DNA of 44,278 nucleotides from Chiloscyllium plagiosum (lineage: Eukaryota): contig NW_025214468.1 in NCBI RefSeq assembly GCF_004010195.1, positions 1 to 44,278 on the forward strand, read 5' to 3'. The position numbers and the translations under genes were made by a program. The notes beneath the pieces are model-generated. The model was not told the DNA's origin. It did no database searches and saw only the letters and a list, made by a program, of their open reading frames with translations. Below are positions 22,101 through 34,100 of this stretch, piece by piece. Numbering within the stretch: the stretch's first letter is position 1; every line of letters begins with the position of its first letter.

Positions 22101-25100
22101 CAGAGAGAGAGAGCGCGTCAGAGAGAGAGAGCGCGTCAGAGAGAGAGAGCGCGTCAGAGAGAGAGAGCGCGTCAGAGAGAGAGAGCGCGTCAGAGAGAGA
22201 GAGCGCGTCAGAGAGAGAGAGCGCGTCAGAGAGAGAGAGCGCGTCAGAGAGAGAGAGCGCGTCAGAGAGAGAGAGCGCGTCAGAGAGAGAGAGCGCGTCA
22301 GAGAGAGAGAGCGCGTCAGAGAGAGAGAGCGCGTCAGAGAGAGAGAGCGCGTCAGAGAGAGAGAGCGCGTCAGAGAGAGAGAGCGCGTCAGAGAGAGAGA
22401 GCGCGTCAGAGAGAGAGAGCGCGTCAGAGAGAGAGAGCGCGTCAGAGAGAGAGAGCGCGTCAGAGAGAGAGAGCGCGTCAGAGAGAGAGAGCGCGTCAGA
22501 GAGAGAGAGCGCGTCAGAGAGAGAGAGCGCGTCAGAGAGAGAGAGCGCGTCAGAGAGAGAGAGCGCGTCAGAGAGAGAGAGCGCGTCAGAGAGAGAGAGC
22601 GCGTCAGAGAGAGAGAGCGCGTCAGAGAGAGAGAGCGCGTCAGAGAGAGAGAGCGCGTCAGAGAGAGAGAGCGCGTCAGAGAGAGAGAGCGCGTCAGAGA
22701 GAGAGAGCGCGTCAGAGAGAGAGAGCGCGTCAGAGAGAGAGAGCGCGTCAGAGAGAGAGAGCGCGTCAGAGAGAGAGAGCGCGTCAGAGAGAGAGAGCGC
22801 GTCAGAGAGAGAGAGCGCGTCAGAGAGAGAGAGCGCGTCAGAGAGAGAGAGCGCGTCAGAGAGAGAGAGCGCGTCAGAGAGAGAGAGCGCGTCAGAGAGA
22901 GAGAGCGCGTCAGAGAGAGAGAGCGCGTCAGAGAGAGAGAGCGCGTCAGAGAGAGAGAGCGCGTCAGAGAGAGAGAGCGCGTCAGAGAGAGAGAGCGCGT
23001 CAGAGAGAGAGAGCGCGTCAGAGAGAGAGAGCGCGTCAGAGAGAGAGAGCGCGTCAGAGAGAGAGAGCGCGTCAGAGAGAGAGAGCGCGTCAGAGAGAGA
23101 GAGCGCGTCAGAGAGAGAGAGCGCGTCAGAGAGAGAGAGCGCGTCAGAGAGAGAGAGCGCGTCAGAGAGAGAGAGCGCGTCAGAGAGAGAGAGCGCGTCA
23201 GAGAGAGAGAGCGCGTCAGAGAGAGAGAGCGCGTCAGAGAGAGAGAGCGCGTCAGAGAGAGAGAGCGCGTCAGAGAGAGAGAGCGCGTCAGAGAGAGAGA
23301 GCGCGTCAGAGAGAGAGAGCGCGTCAGAGAGAGAGAGCGCGTCAGAGAGAGAGAGCGCGTCAGAGAGAGAGAGCGCGTCAGAGAGAGAGAGCGCGTCAGA
23401 GAGAGAGAGCGCGTCAGAGAGAGAGAGCGCGTCAGAGAGAGAGAGCGCGTCAGAGAGAGAGAGCGCGTCAGAGAGAGAGAGCGCGTCAGAGAGAGAGAGC
23501 GCGTCAGAGAGAGAGAGCGCGTCAGAGAGAGAGAGCGCGTCAGAGAGAGAGAGCGCGTCAGAGAGAGAGAGCGCGTCAGAGAGAGAGAGCGCGTCAGAGA
23601 GAGAGAGCGCGTCAGAGAGAGAGAGCGCGTCAGAGAGAGAGAGCGCGTCAGAGAGAGAGAGCGCGTCAGAGAGAGAGAGCGCGTCAGAGAGAGAGAGCGC
23701 GTCAGAGAGAGAGAGCGCGTCAGAGAGAGAGAGCGCGTCAGAGAGAGAGAGCGCGTCAGAGAGAGAGAGCGCGTCAGAGAGAGAGAGCGCGTCAGAGAGA
23801 GAGAGCGCGTCAGAGAGAGAGAGCGCGTCAGAGAGAGAGAGCGCGTCAGAGAGAGAGAGCGCGTCAGAGAGAGAGAGCGCGTCAGAGAGAGAGAGCGCGT
23901 CAGAGAGAGAGAGCGCGTCAGAGAGAGAGAGCGCGTCAGAGAGAGAGAGCGCGTCAGAGAGAGAGAGCGCGTCAGAGAGAGAGAGCGCGTCAGAGAGAGA
24001 GAGCGCGTCAGAGAGAGAGAGCGCGTCAGAGAGAGAGAGCGCGTCAGAGAGAGAGAGCGCGTCAGAGAGAGAGAGCGCGTCAGAGAGAGAGAGCGCGTCA
24101 GAGAGAGAGAGCGCGTCAGAGAGAGAGAGCGCGTCAGAGAGAGAGAGCGCGTCAGAGAGAGAGAGCGCGTCAGAGAGAGAGAGCGCGTCAGAGAGAGAGA
24201 GCGCGTCAGAGAGAGAGAGCGCGTCAGAGAGAGAGAGCGCGTCAGAGAGAGAGAGCGCGTCAGAGAGAGAGAGCGCGTCAGAGAGAGAGAGCGCGTCAGA
24301 GAGAGAGAGCGCGTCAGAGAGAGAGAGCGCGTCAGAGAGAGAGAGCGCGTCAGAGAGAGAGAGCGCGTCAGAGAGAGAGAGCGCGTCAGAGAGAGAGAGC
24401 GCGTCAGAGAGAGAGAGCGCGTCAGAGAGAGAGAGCGCGTCAGAGAGAGAGAGCGCGTCAGAGAGAGAGAGCGCGTCAGAGAGAGAGAGCGCGTCAGAGA
24501 GAGAGAGCGCGTCAGAGAGAGAGAGCGCGTCAGAGAGAGAGAGCGCGTCAGAGAGAGAGAGCGCGTCAGAGAGAGAGAGCGCGTCAGAGAGAGAGAGCGC
24601 GTCAGAGAGAGAGAGCGCGTCAGAGAGAGAGAGCGCGTCAGAGAGAGAGAGCGCGTCAGAGAGAGAGAGCGCGTCAGAGAGAGAGAGCGCGTCAGAGAGA
24701 GAGAGCGCGTCAGAGAGAGAGAGCGCGTCAGAGAGAGAGAGCGCGTCAGAGAGAGAGAGCGCGTCAGAGAGAGAGAGCGCGTCAGAGAGAGAGAGCGCGT
24801 CAGAGAGAGAGAGCGCGTCAGAGAGAGAGAGCGCGTCAGAGAGAGAGAGCGCGTCAGAGAGAGAGAGCGCGTCAGAGAGAGAGAGCGCGTCAGAGAGAGA
24901 GAGCGCGTCAGAGAGAGAGAGCGCGTCAGAGAGAGAGAGCGCGTCAGAGAGAGAGAGCGCGTCAGAGAGAGAGAGCGCGTCAGAGAGAGAGAGCGCGTCA
25001 GAGAGAGAGAGCGCGTCAGAGAGAGAGAGCGCGTCAGAGAGAGAGAGCGCGTCAGAGAGAGAGAGCGCGTCAGAGAGAGAGAGCGCGTCAGAGAGAGAGA

Positions 25101-28100
25101 GCGCGTCAGAGAGAGAGAGCGCGTCAGAGAGAGAGAGCGCGTCAGAGAGAGAGAGCGCGTCAGAGAGAGAGAGCGCGTCAGAGAGAGAGAGCGCGTCAGA
25201 GAGAGAGAGCGCGTCAGAGAGAGAGAGCGCGTCAGAGAGAGAGAGCGCGTCAGAGAGAGAGAGCGCGTCAGAGAGAGAGAGCGCGTCAGAGAGAGAGAGC
25301 GCGTCAGAGAGAGAGAGCGCGTCAGAGAGAGAGAGCGCGTCAGAGAGAGAGAGCGCGTCAGAGAGAGAGAGCGCGTCAGAGAGAGAGAGCGCGTCAGAGA
25401 GAGAGAGCGCGTCAGAGAGAGAGAGCGCGTCAGAGAGAGAGAGCGCGTCAGAGAGAGAGAGCGCGTCAGAGAGAGAGAGCGCGTCAGAGAGAGAGAGCGC
25501 GTCAGAGAGAGAGAGCGCGTCAGAGAGAGAGAGCGCGTCAGAGAGAGAGAGCGCGTCAGAGAGAGAGAGCGCGTCAGAGAGAGAGAGCGCGTCAGAGAGA
25601 GAGAGCGCGTCAGAGAGAGAGAGCGCGTCAGAGAGAGAGAGCGCGTCAGAGAGAGAGAGCGCGTCAGAGAGAGAGAGCGCGTCAGAGAGAGAGAGCGCGT
25701 CAGAGAGAGAGAGCGCGTCAGAGAGAGAGAGCGCGTCAGAGAGAGAGAGCGCGTCAGAGAGAGAGAGCGCGTCAGAGAGAGAGAGCGCGTCAGAGAGAGA
25801 GAGCGCGTCAGAGAGAGAGAGCGCGTCAGAGAGAGAGAGCGCGTCAGAGAGAGAGAGCGCGTCAGAGAGAGAGAGCGCGTCAGAGAGAGAGAGCGCGTCA
25901 GAGAGAGAGAGCGCGTCAGAGAGAGAGAGCGCGTCAGAGAGAGAGAGCGCGTCAGAGAGAGAGAGCGCGTCAGAGAGAGAGAGCGCGTCAGAGAGAGAGA
26001 GCGCGTCAGAGAGAGAGAGCGCGTCAGAGAGAGAGAGCGCGTCAGAGAGAGAGAGCGCGTCAGAGAGAGAGAGCGCGTCAGAGAGAGAGAGCGCGTCAGA
26101 GAGAGAGAGCGCGTCAGAGAGAGAGAGCGCGTCAGAGAGAGAGAGCGCGTCAGAGAGAGAGAGCGCGTCAGAGAGAGAGAGCGCGTCAGAGAGAGAGAGC
26201 GCGTCAGAGAGAGAGAGCGCGTCAGAGAGAGAGAGCGCGTCAGAGAGAGAGAGCGCGTCAGAGAGAGAGAGCGCGTCAGAGAGAGAGAGCGCGTCAGAGA
26301 GAGAGAGCGCGTCAGAGAGAGAGAGCGCGTCAGAGAGAGAGAGCGCGTCAGAGAGAGAGAGCGCGTCAGAGAGAGAGAGCGCGTCAGAGAGAGAGAGCGC
26401 GTCAGAGAGAGAGAGCGCGTCAGAGAGAGAGAGCGCGTCAGAGAGAGAGAGCGCGTCAGAGAGAGAGAGCGCGTCAGAGAGAGAGAGCGCGTCAGAGAGA
26501 GAGAGCGCGTCAGAGAGAGAGAGCGCGTCAGAGAGAGAGAGCGCGTCAGAGAGAGAGAGCGCGTCAGAGAGAGAGAGCGCGTCAGAGAGAGAGAGCGCGT
26601 CAGAGAGAGAGAGCGCGTCAGAGAGAGAGAGCGCGTCAGAGAGAGAGAGCGCGTCAGAGAGAGAGAGCGCGTCAGAGAGAGAGAGCGCGTCAGAGAGAGA
26701 GAGCGCGTCAGAGAGAGAGAGCGCGTCAGAGAGAGAGAGCGCGTCAGAGAGAGAGAGCGCGTCAGAGAGAGAGAGCGCGTCAGAGAGAGAGAGCGCGTCA
26801 GAGAGAGAGAGCGCGTCAGAGAGAGAGAGCGCGTCAGAGAGAGAGAGCGCGTCAGAGAGAGAGAGCGCGTCAGAGAGAGAGAGCGCGTCAGAGAGAGAGA
26901 GCGCGTCAGAGAGAGAGAGCGCGTCAGAGAGAGAGAGCGCGTCAGAGAGAGAGAGCGCGTCAGAGAGAGAGAGCGCGTCAGAGAGAGAGAGCGCGTCAGA
27001 GAGAGAGAGCGCGTCAGAGAGAGAGAGCGCGTCAGAGAGAGAGAGCGCGTCAGAGAGAGAGAGCGCGTCAGAGAGAGAGAGCGCGTCAGAGAGAGAGAGC
27101 GCGTCAGAGAGAGAGAGCGCGTCAGAGAGAGAGAGCGCGTCAGAGAGAGAGAGCGCGTCAGAGAGAGAGAGCGCGTCAGAGAGAGAGAGCGCGTCAGAGA
27201 GAGAGAGCGCGTCAGAGAGAGAGAGCGCGTCAGAGAGAGAGAGCGCGTCAGAGAGAGAGAGCGCGTCAGAGAGAGAGAGCGCGTCAGAGAGAGAGAGCGC
27301 GTCAGAGAGAGAGAGCGCGTCAGAGAGAGAGAGCGCGTCAGAGAGAGAGAGCGCGTCAGAGAGAGAGAGCGCGTCAGAGAGAGAGAGCGCGTCAGAGAGA
27401 GAGAGCGCGTCAGAGAGAGAGAGCGCGTCAGAGAGAGAGAGCGCGTCAGAGAGAGAGAGCGCGTCAGAGAGAGAGAGCGCGTCAGAGAGAGAGAGCGCGT
27501 CAGAGAGAGAGAGCGCGTCAGAGAGAGAGAGCGCGTCAGAGAGAGAGAGCGCGTCAGAGAGAGAGAGCGCGTCAGAGAGAGAGAGCGCGTCAGAGAGAGA
27601 GAGCGCGTCAGAGAGAGAGAGCGCGTCAGAGAGAGAGAGCGCGTCAGAGAGAGAGAGCGCGTCAGAGAGAGAGAGCGCGTCAGAGAGAGAGAGCGCGTCA
27701 GAGAGAGAGAGCGCGTCAGAGAGAGAGAGCGCGTCAGAGAGAGAGAGCGCGTCAGAGAGAGAGAGCGCGTCAGAGAGAGAGAGCGCGTCAGAGAGAGAGA
27801 GCGCGTCAGAGAGAGAGAGCGCGTCAGAGAGAGAGAGCGCGTCAGAGAGAGAGAGCGCGTCAGAGAGAGAGAGCGCGTCAGAGAGAGAGAGCGCGTCAGA
27901 GAGAGAGAGCGCGTCAGAGAGAGAGAGCGCGTCAGAGAGAGAGAGCGCGTCAGAGAGAGAGAGCGCGTCAGAGAGAGAGAGCGCGTCAGAGAGAGAGAGC
28001 GCGTCAGAGAGAGAGAGCGCGTCAGAGAGAGAGAGCGCGTCAGAGAGAGAGAGCGCGTCAGAGAGAGAGAGCGCGTCAGAGAGAGAGAGCGCGTCAGAGA

Positions 28101-31100
28101 GAGAGAGCGCGTCAGAGAGAGAGAGCGCGTCAGAGAGAGAGAGCGCGTCAGAGAGAGAGAGCGCGTCAGAGAGAGAGAGCGCGTCAGAGAGAGAGAGCGC
28201 GTCAGAGAGAGAGAGCGCGTCAGAGAGAGAGAGCGCGTCAGAGAGAGAGAGCGCGTCAGAGAGAGAGAGCGCGTCAGAGAGAGAGAGCGCGTCAGAGAGA
28301 GAGAGCGCGTCAGAGAGAGAGAGCGCGTCAGAGAGAGAGAGCGCGTCAGAGAGAGAGAGCGCGTCAGAGAGAGAGAGCGCGTCAGAGAGAGAGAGCGCGT
28401 CAGAGAGAGAGAGCGCGTCAGAGAGAGAGAGCGCGTCAGAGAGAGAGAGCGCGTCAGAGAGAGAGAGCGCGTCAGAGAGAGAGAGCGCGTCAGAGAGAGA
28501 GAGCGCGTCAGAGAGAGAGAGCGCGTCAGAGAGAGAGAGCGCGTCAGAGAGAGAGAGCGCGTCAGAGAGAGAGAGCGCGTCAGAGAGAGAGAGCGCGTCA
28601 GAGAGAGAGAGCGCGTCAGAGAGAGAGAGCGCGTCAGAGAGAGAGAGCGCGTCAGAGAGAGAGAGCGCGTCAGAGAGAGAGAGCGCGTCAGAGAGAGAGA
28701 GCGCGTCAGAGAGAGAGAGCGCGTCAGAGAGAGAGAGCGCGTCAGAGAGAGAGAGCGCGTCAGAGAGAGAGAGCGCGTCAGAGAGAGAGAGCGCGTCAGA
28801 GAGAGAGAGCGCGTCAGAGAGAGAGAGCGCGTCAGAGAGAGAGAGCGCGTCAGAGAGAGAGAGCGCGTCAGAGAGAGAGAGCGCGTCAGAGAGAGAGAGC
28901 GCGTCAGAGAGAGAGAGCGCGTCAGAGAGAGAGAGCGCGTCAGAGAGAGAGAGCGCGTCAGAGAGAGAGAGCGCGTCAGAGAGAGAGAGCGCGTCAGAGA
29001 GAGAGAGCGCGTCAGAGAGAGAGAGCGCGTCAGAGAGAGAGAGCGCGTCAGAGAGAGAGAGCGCGTCAGAGAGAGAGAGCGCGTCAGAGAGAGAGAGCGC
29101 GTCAGAGAGAGAGAGCGCGTCAGAGAGAGAGAGCGCGTCAGAGAGAGAGAGCGCGTCAGAGAGAGAGAGCGCGTCAGAGAGAGAGAGCGCGTCAGAGAGA
29201 GAGAGCGCGTCAGAGAGAGAGAGCGCGTCAGAGAGAGAGAGCGCGTCAGAGAGAGAGAGCGCGTCAGAGAGAGAGAGCGCGTCAGAGAGAGAGAGCGCGT
29301 CAGAGAGAGAGAGCGCGTCAGAGAGAGAGAGCGCGTCAGAGAGAGAGAGCGCGTCAGAGAGAGAGAGCGCGTCAGAGAGAGAGAGCGCGTCAGAGAGAGA
29401 GAGCGCGTCAGAGAGAGAGAGCGCGTCAGAGAGAGAGAGCGCGTCAGAGAGAGAGAGCGCGTCAGAGAGAGAGAGCGCGTCAGAGAGAGAGAGCGCGTCA
29501 GAGAGAGAGAGCGCGTCAGAGAGAGAGAGCGCGTCAGAGAGAGAGAGCGCGTCAGAGAGAGAGAGCGCGTCAGAGAGAGAGAGCGCGTCAGAGAGAGAGA
29601 GCGCGTCAGAGAGAGAGAGCGCGTCAGAGAGAGAGAGCGCGTCAGAGAGAGAGAGCGCGTCAGAGAGAGAGAGCGCGTCAGAGAGAGAGAGCGCGTCAGA
29701 GAGAGAGAGCGCGTCAGAGAGAGAGAGCGCGTCAGAGAGAGAGAGCGCGTCAGAGAGAGAGAGCGCGTCAGAGAGAGAGAGCGCGTCAGAGAGAGAGAGC
29801 GCGTCAGAGAGAGAGAGCGCGTCAGAGAGAGAGAGCGCGTCAGAGAGAGAGAGCGCGTCAGAGAGAGAGAGCGCGTCAGAGAGAGAGAGCGCGTCAGAGA
29901 GAGAGAGCGCGTCAGAGAGAGAGAGCGCGTCAGAGAGAGAGAGCGCGTCAGAGAGAGAGAGCGCGTCAGAGAGAGAGAGCGCGTCAGAGAGAGAGAGCGC
30001 GTCAGAGAGAGAGAGCGCGTCAGAGAGAGAGAGCGCGTCAGAGAGAGAGAGCGCGTCAGAGAGAGAGAGCGCGTCAGAGAGAGAGAGCGCGTCAGAGAGA
30101 GAGAGCGCGTCAGAGAGAGAGAGCGCGTCAGAGAGAGAGAGCGCGTCAGAGAGAGAGAGCGCGTCAGAGAGAGAGAGCGCGTCAGAGAGAGAGAGCGCGT
30201 CAGAGAGAGAGAGCGCGTCAGAGAGAGAGAGCGCGTCAGAGAGAGAGAGCGCGTCAGAGAGAGAGAGCGCGTCAGAGAGAGAGAGCGCGTCAGAGAGAGA
30301 GAGCGCGTCAGAGAGAGAGAGCGCGTCAGAGAGAGAGAGCGCGTCAGAGAGAGAGAGCGCGTCAGAGAGAGAGAGCGCGTCAGAGAGAGAGAGCGCGTCA
30401 GAGAGAGAGAGCGCGTCAGAGAGAGAGAGCGCGTCAGAGAGAGAGAGCGCGTCAGAGAGAGAGAGCGCGTCAGAGAGAGAGAGCGCGTCAGAGAGAGAGA
30501 GCGCGTCAGAGAGAGAGAGCGCGTCAGAGAGAGAGAGCGCGTCAGAGAGAGAGAGCGCGTCAGAGAGAGAGAGCGCGTCAGAGAGAGAGAGCGCGTCAGA
30601 GAGAGAGAGCGCGTCAGAGAGAGAGAGCGCGTCAGAGAGAGAGAGCGCGTCAGAGAGAGAGAGCGCGTCAGAGAGAGAGAGCGCGTCAGAGAGAGAGAGC
30701 GCGTCAGAGAGAGAGAGCGCGTCAGAGAGAGAGAGCGCGTCAGAGAGAGAGAGCGCGTCAGAGAGAGAGAGCGCGTCAGAGAGAGAGAGCGCGTCAGAGA
30801 GAGAGAGCGCGTCAGAGAGAGAGAGCGCGTCAGAGAGAGAGAGCGCGTCAGAGAGAGAGAGCGCGTCAGAGAGAGAGAGCGCGTCAGAGAGAGAGAGCGC
30901 GTCAGAGAGAGAGAGCGCGTCAGAGAGAGAGAGCGCGTCAGAGAGAGAGAGCGCGTCAGAGAGAGAGAGCGCGTCAGAGAGAGAGAGCGCGTCAGAGAGA
31001 GAGAGCGCGTCAGAGAGAGAGAGCGCGTCAGAGAGAGAGAGCGCGTCAGAGAGAGAGAGCGCGTCAGAGAGAGAGAGCGCGTCAGAGAGAGAGAGCGCGT

Positions 31101-34100
31101 CAGAGAGAGAGAGCGCGTCAGAGAGAGAGAGCGCGTCAGAGAGAGAGAGCGCGTCAGAGAGAGAGAGCGCGTCAGAGAGAGAGAGCGCGTCAGAGAGAGA
31201 GAGCGCGTCAGAGAGAGAGAGCGCGTCAGAGAGAGAGAGCGCGTCAGAGAGAGAGAGCGCGTCAGAGAGAGAGAGCGCGTCAGAGAGAGAGAGCGCGTCA
31301 GAGAGAGAGAGCGCGTCAGAGAGAGAGAGCGCGTCAGAGAGAGAGAGCGCGTCAGAGAGAGAGAGCGCGTCAGAGAGAGAGAGCGCGTCAGAGAGAGAGA
31401 GCGCGTCAGAGAGAGAGAGCGCGTCAGAGAGAGAGAGCGCGTCAGAGAGAGAGAGCGCGTCAGAGAGAGAGAGCGCGTCAGAGAGAGAGAGCGCGTCAGA
31501 GAGAGAGAGCGCGTCAGAGAGAGAGAGCGCGTCAGAGAGAGAGAGCGCGTCAGAGAGAGAGAGCGCGTCAGAGAGAGAGAGCGCGTCAGAGAGAGAGAGC
31601 GCGTCAGAGAGAGAGAGCGCGTCAGAGAGAGAGAGCGCGTCAGAGAGAGAGAGCGCGTCAGAGAGAGAGAGCGCGTCAGAGAGAGAGAGCGCGTCAGAGA
31701 GAGAGAGCGCGTCAGAGAGAGAGAGCGCGTCAGAGAGAGAGAGCGCGTCAGAGAGAGAGAGCGCGTCAGAGAGAGAGAGCGCGTCAGAGAGAGAGAGCGC
31801 GTCAGAGAGAGAGAGCGCGTCAGAGAGAGAGAGCGCGTCAGAGAGAGAGAGCGCGTCAGAGAGAGAGAGCGCGTCAGAGAGAGAGAGCGCGTCAGAGAGA
31901 GAGAGCGCGTCAGAGAGAGAGAGCGCGTCAGAGAGAGAGAGCGCGTCAGAGAGAGAGAGCGCGTCAGAGAGAGAGAGCGCGTCAGAGAGAGAGAGCGCGT
32001 CAGAGAGAGAGAGCGCGTCAGAGAGAGAGAGCGCGTCAGAGAGAGAGAGCGCGTCAGAGAGAGAGAGCGCGTCAGAGAGAGAGAGCGCGTCAGAGAGAGA
32101 GAGCGCGTCAGAGAGAGAGAGCGCGTCAGAGAGAGAGAGCGCGTCAGAGAGAGAGAGCGCGTCAGAGAGAGAGAGCGCGTCAGAGAGAGAGAGCGCGTCA
32201 GAGAGAGAGAGCGCGTCAGAGAGAGAGAGCGCGTCAGAGAGAGAGAGCGCGTCAGAGAGAGAGAGCGCGTCAGAGAGAGAGAGCGCGTCAGAGAGAGAGA
32301 GCGCGTCAGAGAGAGAGAGCGCGTCAGAGAGAGAGAGCGCGTCAGAGAGAGAGAGCGCGTCAGAGAGAGAGAGCGCGTCAGAGAGAGAGAGCGCGTCAGA
32401 GAGAGAGAGCGCGTCAGAGAGAGAGAGCGCGTCAGAGAGAGAGAGCGCGTCAGAGAGAGAGAGCGCGTCAGAGAGAGAGAGCGCGTCAGAGAGAGAGAGC
32501 GCGTCAGAGAGAGAGAGCGCGTCAGAGAGAGAGAGCGCGTCAGAGAGAGAGAGCGCGTCAGAGAGAGAGAGCGCGTCAGAGAGAGAGAGCGCGTCAGAGA
32601 GAGAGAGCGCGTCAGAGAGAGAGAGCGCGTCAGAGAGAGAGAGCGCGTCAGAGAGAGAGAGCGCGTCAGAGAGAGAGAGCGCGTCAGAGAGAGAGAGCGC
32701 GTCAGAGAGAGAGAGCGCGTCAGAGAGAGAGAGCGCGTCAGAGAGAGAGAGCGCGTCAGAGAGAGAGAGCGCGTCAGAGAGAGAGAGCGCGTCAGAGAGA
32801 GAGAGCGCGTCAGAGAGAGAGAGCGCGTCAGAGAGAGAGAGCGCGTCAGAGAGAGAGAGCGCGTCAGAGAGAGAGAGCGCGTCAGAGAGAGAGAGCGCGT
32901 CAGAGAGAGAGAGCGCGTCAGAGAGAGAGAGCGCGTCAGAGAGAGAGAGCGCGTCAGAGAGAGAGAGCGCGTCAGAGAGAGAGAGCGCGTCAGAGAGAGA
33001 GAGCGCGTCAGAGAGAGAGAGCGCGTCAGAGAGAGAGAGCGCGTCAGAGAGAGAGAGCGCGTCAGAGAGAGAGAGCGCGTCAGAGAGAGAGAGCGCGTCA
33101 GAGAGAGAGAGCGCGTCAGAGAGAGAGAGCGCGTCAGAGAGAGAGAGCGCGTCAGAGAGAGAGAGCGCGTCAGAGAGAGAGAGCGCGTCAGAGAGAGAGA
33201 GCGCGTCAGAGAGAGAGAGCGCGTCAGAGAGAGAGAGCGCGTCAGAGAGAGAGAGCGCGTCAGAGAGAGAGAGCGCGTCAGAGAGAGAGAGCGCGTCAGA
33301 GAGAGAGAGCGCGTCAGAGAGAGAGAGCGCGTCAGAGAGAGAGAGCGCGTCAGAGAGAGAGAGCGCGTCAGAGAGAGAGAGCGCGTCAGAGAGAGAGAGC
33401 GCGTCAGAGAGAGAGAGCGCGTCAGAGAGAGAGAGCGCGTCAGAGAGAGAGAGCGCGTCAGAGAGAGAGAGCGCGTCAGAGAGAGAGAGCGCGTCAGAGA
33501 GAGAGAGCGCGTCAGAGAGAGAGAGCGCGTCAGAGAGAGAGAGCGCGTCAGAGAGAGAGAGCGCGTCAGAGAGAGAGAGCGCGTCAGAGAGAGAGAGCGC
33601 GTCAGAGAGAGAGAGCGCGTCAGAGAGAGAGAGCGCGTCAGAGAGAGAGAGCGCGTCAGAGAGAGAGAGCGCGTCAGAGAGAGAGAGCGCGTCAGAGAGA
33701 GAGAGCGCGTCAGAGAGAGAGAGCGCGTCAGAGAGAGAGAGCGCGTCAGAGAGAGAGAGCGCGTCAGAGAGAGAGAGCGCGTCAGAGAGAGAGAGCGCGT
33801 CAGAGAGAGAGAGCGCGTCAGAGAGAGAGAGCGCGTCAGAGAGAGAGAGCGCGTCAGAGAGAGAGAGCGCGTCAGAGAGAGAGAGCGCGTCAGAGAGAGA
33901 GAGCGCGTCAGAGAGAGAGAGCGCGTCAGAGAGAGAGAGCGCGTCAGAGAGAGAGAGCGCGTCAGAGAGAGAGAGCGCGTCAGAGAGAGAGAGCGCGTCA
34001 GAGAGAGAGAGCGCGTCAGAGAGAGAGAGCGCGTCAGAGAGAGAGAGCGCGTCAGAGAGAGAGAGCGCGTCAGAGAGAGAGAGCGCGTCAGAGAGAGAGA